DNA of 15,641 nt from Candidatus Sulfobium sp. (GTDB taxonomy: Bacteria; Nitrospirota; Thermodesulfovibrionia; Thermodesulfovibrionales; UBA6898): the NCBI GenBank assembly GCA_037380845.1, contig JARRRI010000037.1:1-15641 (forward strand). The letters are read 5' to 3'. Below the pieces are notes generated by a model. That model was given only the letters and a program-made list of their open reading frames with translations. It ran no database searches and was not told the DNA's origin. The position numbers and the translations under genes are program-made. Every line of letters begins with the position of its first letter. Positions within the stretch are counted from its first letter, which is position 1. Of this stretch, positions 1 through 8,695 are shown in pieces.

Positions 1-623
1 CTGAGCTTCTCGATCCTGGCCTGCCTTTCCTTTTCCAGCCAGGACCGTCTTGAAATTACAATGTTTTTGCCGTTTTCTTCGTGTTCCAATATATTGAAAG
101 GGAAGGTCCGCCCCAGGTAAACACCGCCTTCACGGCCACCCTTTAAATCGATCTGGGAAAAAGGGCAGAAGCACCTGACGCCGCCGACAGACACCTCGAA
201 GCCCCCTTTTACCTCACGTTTGACCTCGCCGTTGACCGGCACACCGGCCTCGAAGGCGTCGCTGATGGCCTTCAGTGTCACTGCCGAGTATCCGTTGACC
301 AGGGTAGTGAGCCTCCTGATGCCGTCCTGCACGGATACAAAGAAGGCCTCAACTACATCTCCCTCTTTTATCCCGGGAACGCCTTCTTCGCCGGCAAACT
401 CTCCTATGTCTATCGAACCTTCTGTCTTTCCGCCCAGATCGACGTAAACTGAATCCCCTGAGATACTCACGACCCGGCCCGTGACCTTCTGGCCGCGGGA
501 AAGCCTCTCCGAGGGATCTCCGCTCTTCTCCAGCAAAACGGCGAAGTCTTCCTCTACGTCAGTCTCGTCACCTCCTCTGCCGATTACGTCCACTGAATTG
601 TTTCTCTCTGTCTCGTCAAACAT
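1..623 (-). CDS. rpsA: 30S ribosomal protein S1-like, multi-S1-domain RNA-binding protein (5' part; continues past the left edge)
   Basis: Manual translation from ATG at 623 (SD-like GAGAGG upstream) is open to the edge: MFDETERNN...EEDFAVLLEKSG...LSRGQKVTGRVVSISGDSVYVDLGGKTEGSIDIGEF...AFEAGVPVNGEVKREVKGGFEVSVGGVRCFCPFSQID...ENGKNIVISRR. These match S1 repeat motifs. Could be a paralog rather than the main rpsA. Confidence 0.85.
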   Translation of the reverse strand, partial: MFDETERNNSVDVIGRGGDETDVEEDFAVLLEKSGDPSERLSRGQKVTGRVVSISGDSVYVDLGGKTEGSIDIGEFAGEEGVPGIKEGDVVEAFFVSVQDGIRRLTTLVNGYSAVTLKAISDAFEAGVPVNGEVKREVKGGFEVSVGGVRCFCPFSQIDLKGGREGGVYLGRTFPFNILEHEENGKNIVISRRSWLEKERQARIEKL

Positions 624-714
624 TTGATTACCTCTCAACAAAATAAAGTCCCTCGCACCTCATCTGCAGATTATGGATTCTAGACTGCGCAGGGCCGGAT
701 ACTCATGACCTTAG

Positions 715-744
715 AGTGTAAAAGATTTGGGAGTCGCGAGTCAA
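715..744 (-). promoter_or_regulatory. Putative sigma70 promoter of the S1-like gene
   Basis: Minus strand TTGACT (744-739), 18-nt spacer, TACACT (720-715); implies a 5' UTR of about 85 nt. Confidence 0.5.
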
Positions 745-752
745 ATGCATAG

Positions 753-782
753 TTGTCCGGTCAACGACTTTTAGCATATACT
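753..782 (+). promoter_or_regulatory. Putative sigma70 promoter of the small Cys-rich ORF
   Basis: TTGTCC (753-758), 18-nt spacer, TATACT (777-782); in-frame GTG at 792. Confidence 0.4.
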
Positions 783-791
783 AAAGTTACG

Positions 792-959
792 GTGGCAGAA
801 AAAATTATTCTGAAAAAGAACCCCTGCCCAGACTGCACTTTCTGCCAGTACTGCAGCAAGACCCGGTGCAGCATGTGCCGCCCAGGGGAGCGTAAAGAGG
901 GCAAAAAAGGGAGGACAGGGGAAAAGAAGGCGCACACACCTCTCTTCCGGCGATATTGA
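792..959 (+). CDS. Small Cys-rich basic protein, 55 aa (CxxCxxCxxCx4CxxC), probably metal-binding
   Basis: MAEKIILKKNPCPDCTFCQYCSKTRCSMCRPGERKEGKKGRTGEKKAHTPLFRRY. Six regularly spaced Cys; fills the intergenic gap. GTG 792 is preferred over TTG 753, which coincides with a -35-like box. Confidence 0.65.
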   Translation: MAEKIILKKNPCPDCTFCQYCSKTRCSMCRPGERKEGKKGRTGEKKAHTPLFRRY

Positions 960-993
960 TGTCACCGGAAACAGCGACAGTGCCGGGACTATG

Positions 994-3402
994 TTACCCG
1001 AGTTCACGGAGCTTCTTTTTCGCCCTGGCATTGCCGGGGTCGATCAATAGCGCGTGTTTGTATTCTTCCATCGCCCTGTATCGTATGCCGGCCCTCTCAT
1101 AGGCCTCTCCGGCCGCCAGCCTTATGTTGACATCTTCCGGCAAGGCATCGACCGCCTTTCTCATGACCATAACCGCCTCATCCGGCATGTTTTTCTTCAC
1201 AAAATACCGGTAGACATGGAAAAAATATGACGGCCTCAATTCCCTCTCATTACCGGCATAACCGAGGGCCAGGAGGTATTCCTTTTTCGCAAGGTCGTCC
1301 CGGCCGGTCTGGCTGAGGTAATCCGCAAAAGAAAGGTGCGGCGCGACCCTCTCGGGAAGTGAGCCGCGAATGTCTTTATCGTCCAGGCCGTACAATATAA
1401 GGAAGGTTATGTACTCTCCGGTATCCTGCGGTTCGAGTGCAATTGCCTTCTTTATATAACCGAGCCCGGCGTCTTTTTTGCCCCGAGCTATGAGCCATGA
1501 GGAATAAACCTTGTATCTCGCGGGATTGCTTATGTCGCAGTCAATGCCCGCCCGTAAAAGCCTGTCTGCCTCCCCGCCCTTCCCCAGATCTGAAAGCGCA
1601 AGTCCGAGGGTCTGCAGATATTCGGCGTTCGTCGTGTCCAGGAGCACCGCATTCCTGTACTGGACCAGGGCCTGCTCCTTGTTAGAAGAAAGCCATTCGG
1701 CATTGGCTATCTCATAGCGGTACTCAGCCTCGAGCGGATCGGCGCCGGCGGCCCTGTAGGCCTCACTCTTTACACGGGAAAGGTCCTCACCTGCGATACG
1801 GGATTCCGGCCTGCCGTTTTGCATGAAAGGAGAGAAGTATCTCCCGGCCAGTATGCCGACATTGAATGTCAGACCGCAGGCCAGAAGCGCCAGGGCGGAG
1901 ACCGCGAATATCCGCCCATGGCGAGACTCCTTCCTTGCGAGAAGTGTGCCTTCTTTCGTCCCGTTTCTCATCCTCGTGTGCGCTGCGGACACCGTCAGCC
2001 CGGCAAGGAAGAAGAAATAGAGGCCGTTGGCCCCTGTCTGAAGATTAAAATCTGCCATGCTGTGGATCAGTATGGAAACCAGGCCGGTGAGGCCGCCCGC
2101 CAAAAGATAGATGGAATACGGCTCTCTCCTTTTCATGAAAGTCCTCAGAGACCGGTATAAAACAGCCAGCAGGAACCATCCCATAAGCGCACATGCAACG
2201 ATGCCGCCGTCAGTCGCCAATTCCATAAAGTCATTATGGGCATGTTCGAGCGGACCCGCCGCCGCTATTGAACGGTATCGGGGATAAATATCTGCAAAGG
2301 TGCCGAACCCGGTACCCGTCAAGGGGAACTGTCTGACGATGTTGACGCAGTCCCGCCAGATGTCGAAGCGCAAATTGGAAATAGCTCCCTGCCCGTCCCT
2401 CAGATTCCTGAATTTCTCCAGTATCGGCCCCCAGCCGAACCAGCCGGACGCCGAAAGAATAAAAGCCAGAATAACAATAATTACAAGGGCCCTGTTGCTC
2501 CTCTTCCTCTTTTTTGCGACCAGCAGACAGAAGAATATCATTGACAGACTCAGGCTTATGATGCCGCCCCGGGAAAGGCTGAGGAAGACGGAAGTAGCGA
2601 TCAGCACCGACGACAGCCCCAGCAGGATGTGTACGTTTGTGCCCTTCTGGTTGAATGCCTCGGTCATCCTTTCGCGAAAAGACCCGTATTCGGTGTACGG
2701 TCTGCTCAGCAGAAAAAAACCGAAGACGACCGGAAAGATCATCTCCATCAGACCGGCGTAATGGTCCCTGTTGACGTAGGGTCCGAAGGGCGTCCCCGGA
2801 TATGTCAAACCCCTCAGCCAGTAGATTTTGCCATTCGGGATAATATACTGGAGTATGGCAAAGAAGGCGACCACTGATCCCAGCAGAATCACGGTAGAAA
2901 CCGTCTTCTTCAGCATCTCCTTCCTCGCCAGGACCTGGACGGTGATGAAATAGGCGGCAGCGTAAGACGTAAACCTGAAGAACTCTGAAACAGTGGCCTT
3001 CCTGCAGATTGAAATAGAACCCCATCCCGCATGGCCGCCTGTCCATGCCGTCTCCCGGTACAGGGACCAGGCACCCGGCGACAGGAGCTTCAGGACCGGC
3101 GGAGGAAGGGGGATGATCTGCACTATCGCGTACGACAGAAACAGCAACAGAGGGACGGTACCCGGGACTTCCCGTAATGGCTTCCCGGTGAGGACACTTC
3201 TGAAAAATATCAGACACAGCGCAAGAACGGAAGCCGACTCCATCACTGTCAGAGACCATTGTTCGACGGTCCCGAAGGCGAGGGGGGAAAAGATCAGGAG
3301 AAAGACAAGAATTCTTTGGACCGTAACGTTCATCGAGACGTGAGCCCCATTCCCCTCAAAGTTACTCTTCGGCTGTTTCCAGGTCAAACGTTTCCCGGCC
3401 AT
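994..3402 (-). CDS. O-antigen ligase/Wzy-like polymerase family membrane protein with C-terminal TPR repeats
   Basis: Many hydrophobic segments; motifs FGPYVNRDHYAG, SLSRGG, RFDIWRD, PLTGTGFGTF, HAHNDFME; C-terminal TPR-like helices (e.g. AMEEYKHALLIDPGNARAKK). The start could instead be ATG 3333. Confidence 0.85.
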   Translation of the reverse strand: MAGKRLTWKQPKSNFEGNGAHVSMNVTVQRILVFLLIFSPLAFGTVEQWSLTVMESASVLALCLIFFRSVLTGKPLREVPGTVPLLLFLSYAIVQIIPLPPPVLKLLSPGAWSLYRETAWTGGHAGWGSISICRKATVSEFFRFTSYAAAYFITVQVLARKEMLKKTVSTVILLGSVVAFFAILQYIIPNGKIYWLRGLTYPGTPFGPYVNRDHYAGLMEMIFPVVFGFFLLSRPYTEYGSFRERMTEAFNQKGTNVHILLGLSSVLIATSVFLSLSRGGIISLSLSMIFFCLLVAKKRKRSNRALVIIVILAFILSASGWFGWGPILEKFRNLRDGQGAISNLRFDIWRDCVNIVRQFPLTGTGFGTFADIYPRYRSIAAAGPLEHAHNDFMELATDGGIVACALMGWFLLAVLYRSLRTFMKRREPYSIYLLAGGLTGLVSILIHSMADFNLQTGANGLYFFFLAGLTVSAAHTRMRNGTKEGTLLARKESRHGRIFAVSALALLACGLTFNVGILAGRYFSPFMQNGRPESRIAGEDLSRVKSEAYRAAGADPLEAEYRYEIANAEWLSSNKEQALVQYRNAVLLDTTNAEYLQTLGLALSDLGKGGEADRLLRAGIDCDISNPARYKVYSSWLIARGKKDAGLGYIKKAIALEPQDTGEYITFLILYGLDDKDIRGSLPERVAPHLSFADYLSQTGRDDLAKKEYLLALGYAGNERELRPSYFFHVYRYFVKKNMPDEAVMVMRKAVDALPEDVNIRLAAGEAYERAGIRYRAMEEYKHALLIDPGNARAKKKLRELG

Positions 3403-3408
3403 CTGCCG

Positions 3409-5583
3409 CTACATGATGTCGTATCTGTTTTCTCCGTCAGCCGCGTAATAGTAATTATGATAGCGCGAATAATAGTACTTGTTCTTTTTCAGGTCGAAGG
3501 CGTTGATCACCACCCCGAAGACATTGGCATTAAGGTCGGCGAGCGACTTCAGACTCCTGCCCAGTACTTCGTAAGTGGTCTTTCCCGCCCTGGTAACGAC
3601 TATAGAGCCGTCCAGGACCTTGCCCAGGATAAGGCTGTCGACTACCGTGAGGATGGGCGGCGAGTCCCAGATTACTATATCGTATTCCCGGCCCAGCAGG
3701 CCCATCATCTCCACAAGCTTTCCGGAACCGAGAAGTTCGGACGGATTGGGGGGGACAGGCCCCGAGGGGATAACCTGAAGGTTCGGAAGAGGGCCTACAC
3801 GTATGATATCCATGTCGGAGGCTCCGGCCAGGTATGTGCTCAGTCCCTTCGAGTTGTCCATCCTGAAAACTTTGTGGACACGCGGTTTTCTCAAATCCGC
3901 ATCGACCAGGAGCACCCTGTACGCCGACTGGGCGATCGCCGCCGCCAGATTTATTGAGGTGACTGTCTTGCCCTCTTCGGGTCCGGCGCTGGTCACGAGT
4001 ATGTGCTTGGGCGGTTTCTCGGCTGAAGAAAGCAGGAGGCACGTCCTGATAGCCTTGTAATTCTCGGCGAAGGTCGAAGTCGGGTTGTCGACCACGGCGT
4101 TTTCAATCGGCCTGTCGTTAGAGGGGAAAAGTGGGATGAGGCCGAAAACCGGCACGCCGAACCTGGCCTCGACTTCCTCCGGCGATTTGACGGACTGATC
4201 GAGATATTCAACGAAAAACGCCATGCCGAAGCCCCCGAATAATCCCACGATTATTCCGAGCAGGACGTTGAGGGTCTTCCGCGGTTTCACGGGTGAAGCG
4301 GGTGTACGGGCCTTTTCAACGATCATCACATTGGCAGTCTGGATCTGTTCGGTGATATTCTGCTCCTTTATCCTCTTGATCAGTGCCTCATAGAGCTGTC
4401 TGTTGGTCTCGACCTCCCTGTTGATCATGTCGTACTCAATGAATTTTTCGTTGAGGTTGATGGCGTGACCCTTGGCCTCGGAAAGCATCCTTCTGAGGTT
4501 GTTCTCGTTGGACCTGGCCAGATCGTATTCATTTTTTATCGAGTCGATTACCCGCTTTATCTCCTGTTCCTTCTTTTCCTTCAAAACGTTCAGGTCCTCA
4601 CGTGCCCGGATCATGAGGGGGTGCTTCTTTCCGTATTTCTGCGAAAGGTCCATGATCTTCTGCTCCGCCTCCAGTATCTGCTGCCGAAGGGACTGGAGGG
4701 TCGGGTCATCAGCGATGGCAGACACCGTCTCCGCCTTTCCAGGATGGCTGGAGACCTCCCTGACCTGGTTATACAACGTCTCCATCTCCTCCCGCCTGGT
4801 CTGTGCCTTTACGAGCTGACTGTTGAGCTGCGATATCTGTTCCGGAACGATAGCCATTTTGTTCTGGATGGTAACGAGGTCCTGGCTCTTGATATACTTC
4901 TGGAGCGCCCTCTCGGAGTCGTCGAGCCTCTTCTTCTCTTCTTCAGCCTTCTTGGTCATCCACTGAAGCGTATGTTTGGTGGAACCCATATTCAAATCCA
5001 GAAGCTCATCTATGTATGCCTTCGCCACCGTGTTGGCAACGGATTTTGCCAGCCCGGGATTAGTTGATATATAATTGACAGTGACGATCTTGCTGTTTTT
5101 CACTGGGTCGACGGATATACCTGCACTGATGGTCTTTGCAAGCATGTCCTCTCTGCTCTCCTCCTCCGAGCCCGAGGGCTTCTCCTCCTTCTTTCCGAAA
5201 ATCACTGACGAGAGGTCCCTGAACCATCCGGAAACCGCGTCCACCATTGAAAACCCGCTGTCCGGCCCCTTCATAAGAGAGCCATAAGTCTTTTCAAGGT
5301 CGAGCATCCGGACCACCCTTCTTGCCACCGGTATGCTTTTTATTATCTGATACTGGGTCTCGTAAAAGTCGGGGTCATAAGGCATATATCCGTAATTCGT
5401 CATAAGGGGTACGGACTCCCTCTTCTCGATGAGGACCTTGGTCGATGCCATATAGACCGGCGTGGCAGAAAATGTGCCTATAAGAACAACCGTAAAAACC
5501 ACGATAAAAAAGGTATAGACCGTATACCTTCTCTTATCGATGACCCTCAGGTAGTCCCGTAAATGAATCTCTCTCTCTTCCAT
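3409..5583 (-). CDS. wzc: Polysaccharide co-polymerase / tyrosine autokinase (Wzc/GumC family)
   Basis: N-terminal EIHLRDYLRVI plus TM helix, PVYMAST, long coiled-coil periplasmic region, PVKPRK plus second TM, Walker A GPEEGKT, DADLRKP, Walker B DSPP and Tyr-rich tail YYYSRYHNYYY. Confidence 0.93.
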   Translation of the reverse strand: MEEREIHLRDYLRVIDKRRYTVYTFFIVVFTVVLIGTFSATPVYMASTKVLIEKRESVPLMTNYGYMPYDPDFYETQYQIIKSIPVARRVVRMLDLEKTYGSLMKGPDSGFSMVDAVSGWFRDLSSVIFGKKEEKPSGSEEESREDMLAKTISAGISVDPVKNSKIVTVNYISTNPGLAKSVANTVAKAYIDELLDLNMGSTKHTLQWMTKKAEEEKKRLDDSERALQKYIKSQDLVTIQNKMAIVPEQISQLNSQLVKAQTRREEMETLYNQVREVSSHPGKAETVSAIADDPTLQSLRQQILEAEQKIMDLSQKYGKKHPLMIRAREDLNVLKEKKEQEIKRVIDSIKNEYDLARSNENNLRRMLSEAKGHAINLNEKFIEYDMINREVETNRQLYEALIKRIKEQNITEQIQTANVMIVEKARTPASPVKPRKTLNVLLGIIVGLFGGFGMAFFVEYLDQSVKSPEEVEARFGVPVFGLIPLFPSNDRPIENAVVDNPTSTFAENYKAIRTCLLLSSAEKPPKHILVTSAGPEEGKTVTSINLAAAIAQSAYRVLLVDADLRKPRVHKVFRMDNSKGLSTYLAGASDMDIIRVGPLPNLQVIPSGPVPPNPSELLGSGKLVEMMGLLGREYDIVIWDSPPILTVVDSLILGKVLDGSIVVTRAGKTTYEVLGRSLKSLADLNANVFGVVINAFDLKKNKYYYSRYHNYYYAADGENRYDIM

Positions 5584-5597
5584 CTCCCCTTGTATGA

Positions 5598-6392
5598 CTA
5601 GAAGAAACTCTCGGGTACGACGATGACGTCGTCCGGCAGCACGGTCTGGTCCATTTTCACATCTTCTATTACGTCGTCTTTCCCGTTTTCATTTCGTATG
5701 ACCTTCACCCTTCCGGTCGACGCCTTATCAGTAAACCCTCCTGCCATGGTTATCGCCTTCAGTACCGTTGTCCCCTCCTCGAATTTGTATGCATCGGGTT
5801 TCCTGACCTCGCCCGTCACATAAAAAACTCCGGCCTTGGGTATGTAAATACTGTCGCCGTCCACAATGGGGATGTCCTGCGAAGTATCACCCATCTCTAT
5901 CAGGCGCTTGAGATCGATTGTGATGATTTTTTCCTTCTTACCGGCAGAACCCGGCTTCCTCTTGACTATCGCCTTGTCGCCGGCATCCTTGGTCAGATCA
6001 CCCGCCTTCGAAAGGACTTCGAGGAAGGTCGTATAACCCTTGAGTTCATACAGGCCAGGGTTCTTTACCTGGCCCATGATAGTCGCTTTCTGACTTCTGA
6101 ACTCTTTGATAAATACGGTAACCTGGGGCAAGACAATATAACCGTCGGAAAGCAAGCCGGCTATCTTCCGCGACACCTCGGATACTGTGAGTCCTGAAAT
6201 CTTGACATGCCCTATGAGCGGAAAGATTACGGTCCCCTCACCGCTCACGCGCACCGTGGTAGTCAGATCGGGATGGTCATATACCGTTATCTGAAGAACG
6301 TCGCCTTCCCCGACGATATAATCCTGAGCGGCCACGGGACGACATATGGCCAGGATGAAAACCAGAAATCCGATGATCCCAATCGACTTCAT
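5598..6392 (-). CDS. wza: Polysaccharide export OPX protein (Wza family; Poly_export plus two SLBB domains), short non-lipoprotein type
   Basis: DYIVGEGDVLQITVYDHPDL...VSGEGTVIFPLIG export motif; SLBB motifs MGQVKNPGLYEL and VTGEVRKPDAY...AITMAGGFT; ends VIVVPESFF. Confidence 0.9.
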   Translation of the reverse strand: MKSIGIIGFLVFILAICRPVAAQDYIVGEGDVLQITVYDHPDLTTTVRVSGEGTVIFPLIGHVKISGLTVSEVSRKIAGLLSDGYIVLPQVTVFIKEFRSQKATIMGQVKNPGLYELKGYTTFLEVLSKAGDLTKDAGDKAIVKRKPGSAGKKEKIITIDLKRLIEMGDTSQDIPIVDGDSIYIPKAGVFYVTGEVRKPDAYKFEEGTTVLKAITMAGGFTDKASTGRVKVIRNENGKDDVIEDVKMDQTVLPDDVIVVPESFF

Positions 6393-6536
6393 ATCCTAGA
6401 CTTATACATAATCCTCAGTTAGTATACTTAAAGACCGTCACAATTATAAAGGAATTTATCAAAAAAACGGAAATGTTTGTCCCTGAAGGGGGGGCGCAGG
6501 CATGAGGCCGCCGCCGGCCCCGACATCTCAAGAGGG

Positions 6537-7931
6537 TTACAAGGACCCCGTAACCCTGAAGAATATCGTGTTGCTCACGAAATCGAAATCGGCATAGGAG
6601 GAGTCGCGCCTGGTGTATACATACCCGACACTGCTTCTGAGCCATTTCTGGAACTCATACTGCAGGCCTATGGCCGCCTGATATATGTTGTTCTCTATGT
6701 CAGCAGTATTCCCTTCCGCTGAAACAATGCCTTTATATCTCTCGTTGATGTAGAGAAGGTCTGCCAGGCCGGTGATCTTCGAAGTAAAGAGCTGCTGGTA
6801 CTTGGCTCCTATCTGGTTGGTTATTGTATACAGGGATGTCTCCACGTTGGTCTCATCCGTCTTCCTGAAGCCTGTTACCGTCAGAGAAGTCTTGGGGGTG
6901 AACTGATGCTTCATCCGGGCCTCCGCTATAAACGTATTTACCTTTTCTGAAGAGCCTGTAAAGTCTTTGACGCCGTAGCCGGCCTTTACCATCCCCTTTG
7001 ATTTCGCCGTTATGTCCCATTGGACACCGGCCAGAAAATGATGTTCGTCACTGTCGAGGCTGGGATCATTGACATATGAAATGTCGATAAACCTGTACTC
7101 TGCAAACGCAGCAGTCTTGGTCTTGAACCTGTAAAAAACATACCCGGAAAAAGAGTTGTCGGTCCGGTCCCTGAACCTGTTCCTCAGGTCATCGTAGCGG
7201 GTTATGAAGTTGGAATAATCCAGCCGGAGACGCAACCGGTTGCCGGTATCGACATATGCAGCGGCCTCAAAAAGATTATTGTAAAACTTGTCGACCTCTC
7301 CCGGAGCGGTCGATATGTTCAGCCCCCTGGTTTCAAAGGATTTCACGAAAAGGTCGACAACATCGGCCGAAAATTTGTTGCCGTTATACTCGAAGCTCCC
7401 GTATCCGGTATGGCTGAGGGTATTCCTGTAAGGAGAATTGGCAGACGGCAAAGGGATATCGGCCCGATACAGAAAATAGGTCTGATACCTCCTCAGGACC
7501 TCCGGTTTGTACCTCGTGAAGATCAGCCCGCCCGGCATGCGGTTGGCCGTGTCGTCGATCACCAGGCGCTTTTCGGTAACCCGGGGCAGTGAAAGCCATA
7601 TCTCGGGCGACAGTATTGTGCTCAGATTCGTCTTTTTATTGTCTTTTGTCGCAAAGGCGTTGTCCGTGTATATCTCAGTAACCGACAGGGAGGGGTGAAA
7701 GTAACTCCCTCCCCTTCCGAATATATCCCTGTAACTTCTCATGGTGCCGACCGGGCCTTCTTCCCGCTGCAATCCTTCCGGTGTGCCTTCATCTCCAGCC
7801 TCGCTCAGAAGGAAATAGCAGTTCAAGTTCGCAGGCGCCCCACCCCTCTCACCTTCAACAATACCGGCATGGGAAGCGATTGCATGGAAAAAGAAAGAAA
7901 AAAACAAGATAGCTAACACGATTTTTTTCAT
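6537..7931 (-). CDS. Outer-membrane beta-barrel protein associated with exopolysaccharide export
   Basis: Signal peptide MKKIVLAILFFSFFFHAIASHA from ATG 7931 (track start TTG 7976 is likely too long); alternating aromatic/polar beta strands; C-terminal NTIFFRVTGSL resembling a beta-signal; directly upstream of wza-wzc. Confidence 0.82.
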   Translation of the reverse strand: MKKIVLAILFFSFFFHAIASHAGIVEGERGGAPANLNCYFLLSEAGDEGTPEGLQREEGPVGTMRSYRDIFGRGGSYFHPSLSVTEIYTDNAFATKDNKKTNLSTILSPEIWLSLPRVTEKRLVIDDTANRMPGGLIFTRYKPEVLRRYQTYFLYRADIPLPSANSPYRNTLSHTGYGSFEYNGNKFSADVVDLFVKSFETRGLNISTAPGEVDKFYNNLFEAAAYVDTGNRLRLRLDYSNFITRYDDLRNRFRDRTDNSFSGYVFYRFKTKTAAFAEYRFIDISYVNDPSLDSDEHHFLAGVQWDITAKSKGMVKAGYGVKDFTGSSEKVNTFIAEARMKHQFTPKTSLTVTGFRKTDETNVETSLYTITNQIGAKYQQLFTSKITGLADLLYINERYKGIVSAEGNTADIENNIYQAAIGLQYEFQKWLRSSVGYVYTRRDSSYADFDFVSNTIFFRVTGSL

Positions 7932-7943
7932 AATTTCCCTGAT

Positions 7944-7973
7944 ATTCTTGACAAAGAAACTGGTATTGTCAAG
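7944..7973 (-). promoter_or_regulatory. Putative promoter of the export operon overlapped by an inverted repeat
   Basis: Minus strand TTGACA (7972-7967), 17-nt spacer, AAGAAT (7949-7944); dyad CTTGACAA-N11-TTGTCAAG at 7947-7973. Confidence 0.45.
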
Positions 7974-8051
7974 CAAAATCGGGACATTCCAGGGAGACTC
8001 TTCACGTCTGTGCGCAAGGCTTCCAACTTAACATTCAGTTCAGCCACGCCA

Positions 8052-8073
8052 AGCAGATGTCGTGACATCTGCT
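8052..8073. repeat. Palindrome with perfect 10-bp arms
   Basis: AGCAGATGTC-GT-GACATCTGCT read directly; no adjacent U-tract on either strand. Confidence 0.8.
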
Positions 8074-8176
8074 ATCTAGCCTGCCTCATCCGTAAACTTC
8101 AAAAGCAGTATTCTGACATAGGGCTGGACAAAGATTCCGAGCGGTTTCTCCGCTTTACGTTCATAAATAGTCCAGA

Positions 8177-8686
8177 TTAAAAAGTCGACGGACTGATGGG
8201 AGGGTCGGGGTTAGGCTTCGGGATAGGATCGAAAGGCGCAAGAGTGTTTTCCGGCGGGTCGGAGGCTTGATGTTCAGTTTCAAAAAAGCTGAGGCTCACT
8301 CCCGCCCGCTGCAGGCTTGCTGCCACGGCAACGGAATTTACTCCGGCGTCCACAGCGCATCTTGAAACAACGTCGGATGTAGTACCTGCTTCCAGGGCGC
8401 CCGAAATTATCTCCTTCAGGTTCCCGCCACCGTCTATGGCACATTTGACCACCAGGCACGGCTTGTTGCCAAGTTCTATAGCAGTACTGACAACTTCCCT
8501 GTCGTTTATGCCCTGCTCGATCGTCACCTCTACGGCTCTGCAAATATCCGCTCGTCCATTATTTTCATAAAGCCTGTCCTTTGTGTCCTTACTGGCGAAG
8601 GCTGGAATGGAGAAGATAAGAAAGAATATCGCGGCAGCGATACACGAGACAGAACTCTTACTAATAGCTGTTTTCCCGCCTTTCAT
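8177..8686 (-). CDS. Hypothetical secreted protein with 14-aa tandem repeats and a Pro-rich tail
   Basis: Signal-peptide-like N-terminus (IAAAIFFLIFSIPAFA); five 14-aa units; tail DPIPKPNPDPPISPSTF; same strand as the export genes. Confidence 0.75.
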   Translation of the reverse strand: MKGGKTAISKSSVSCIAAAIFFLIFSIPAFASKDTKDRLYENNGRADICRAVEVTIEQGINDREVVSTAIELGNKPCLVVKCAIDGGGNLKEIISGALEAGTTSDVVSRCAVDAGVNSVAVAASLQRAGVSLSFFETEHQASDPPENTLAPFDPIPKPNPDPPISPSTF

Positions 8687-8695
8687 TCCGCCTTA

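Noticed and set aside
2234..3259. 341-aa alternative-frame ORF inside the ligase gene
   Set aside because: Fully nested in a well-supported CDS, has no recognisable motifs, and is typical of GC-rich shadow frames.
3259..5287. Plus-strand ORFs opposite wzc (e.g. 3259-3957, 4465-5067)
   Set aside because: Antisense shadows of a strongly supported gene with no motifs of their own.
8177..8686. PEP-CTERM/exosortase substrate
   Set aside because: The C-terminus has no PEP motif, transmembrane helix or basic cluster.
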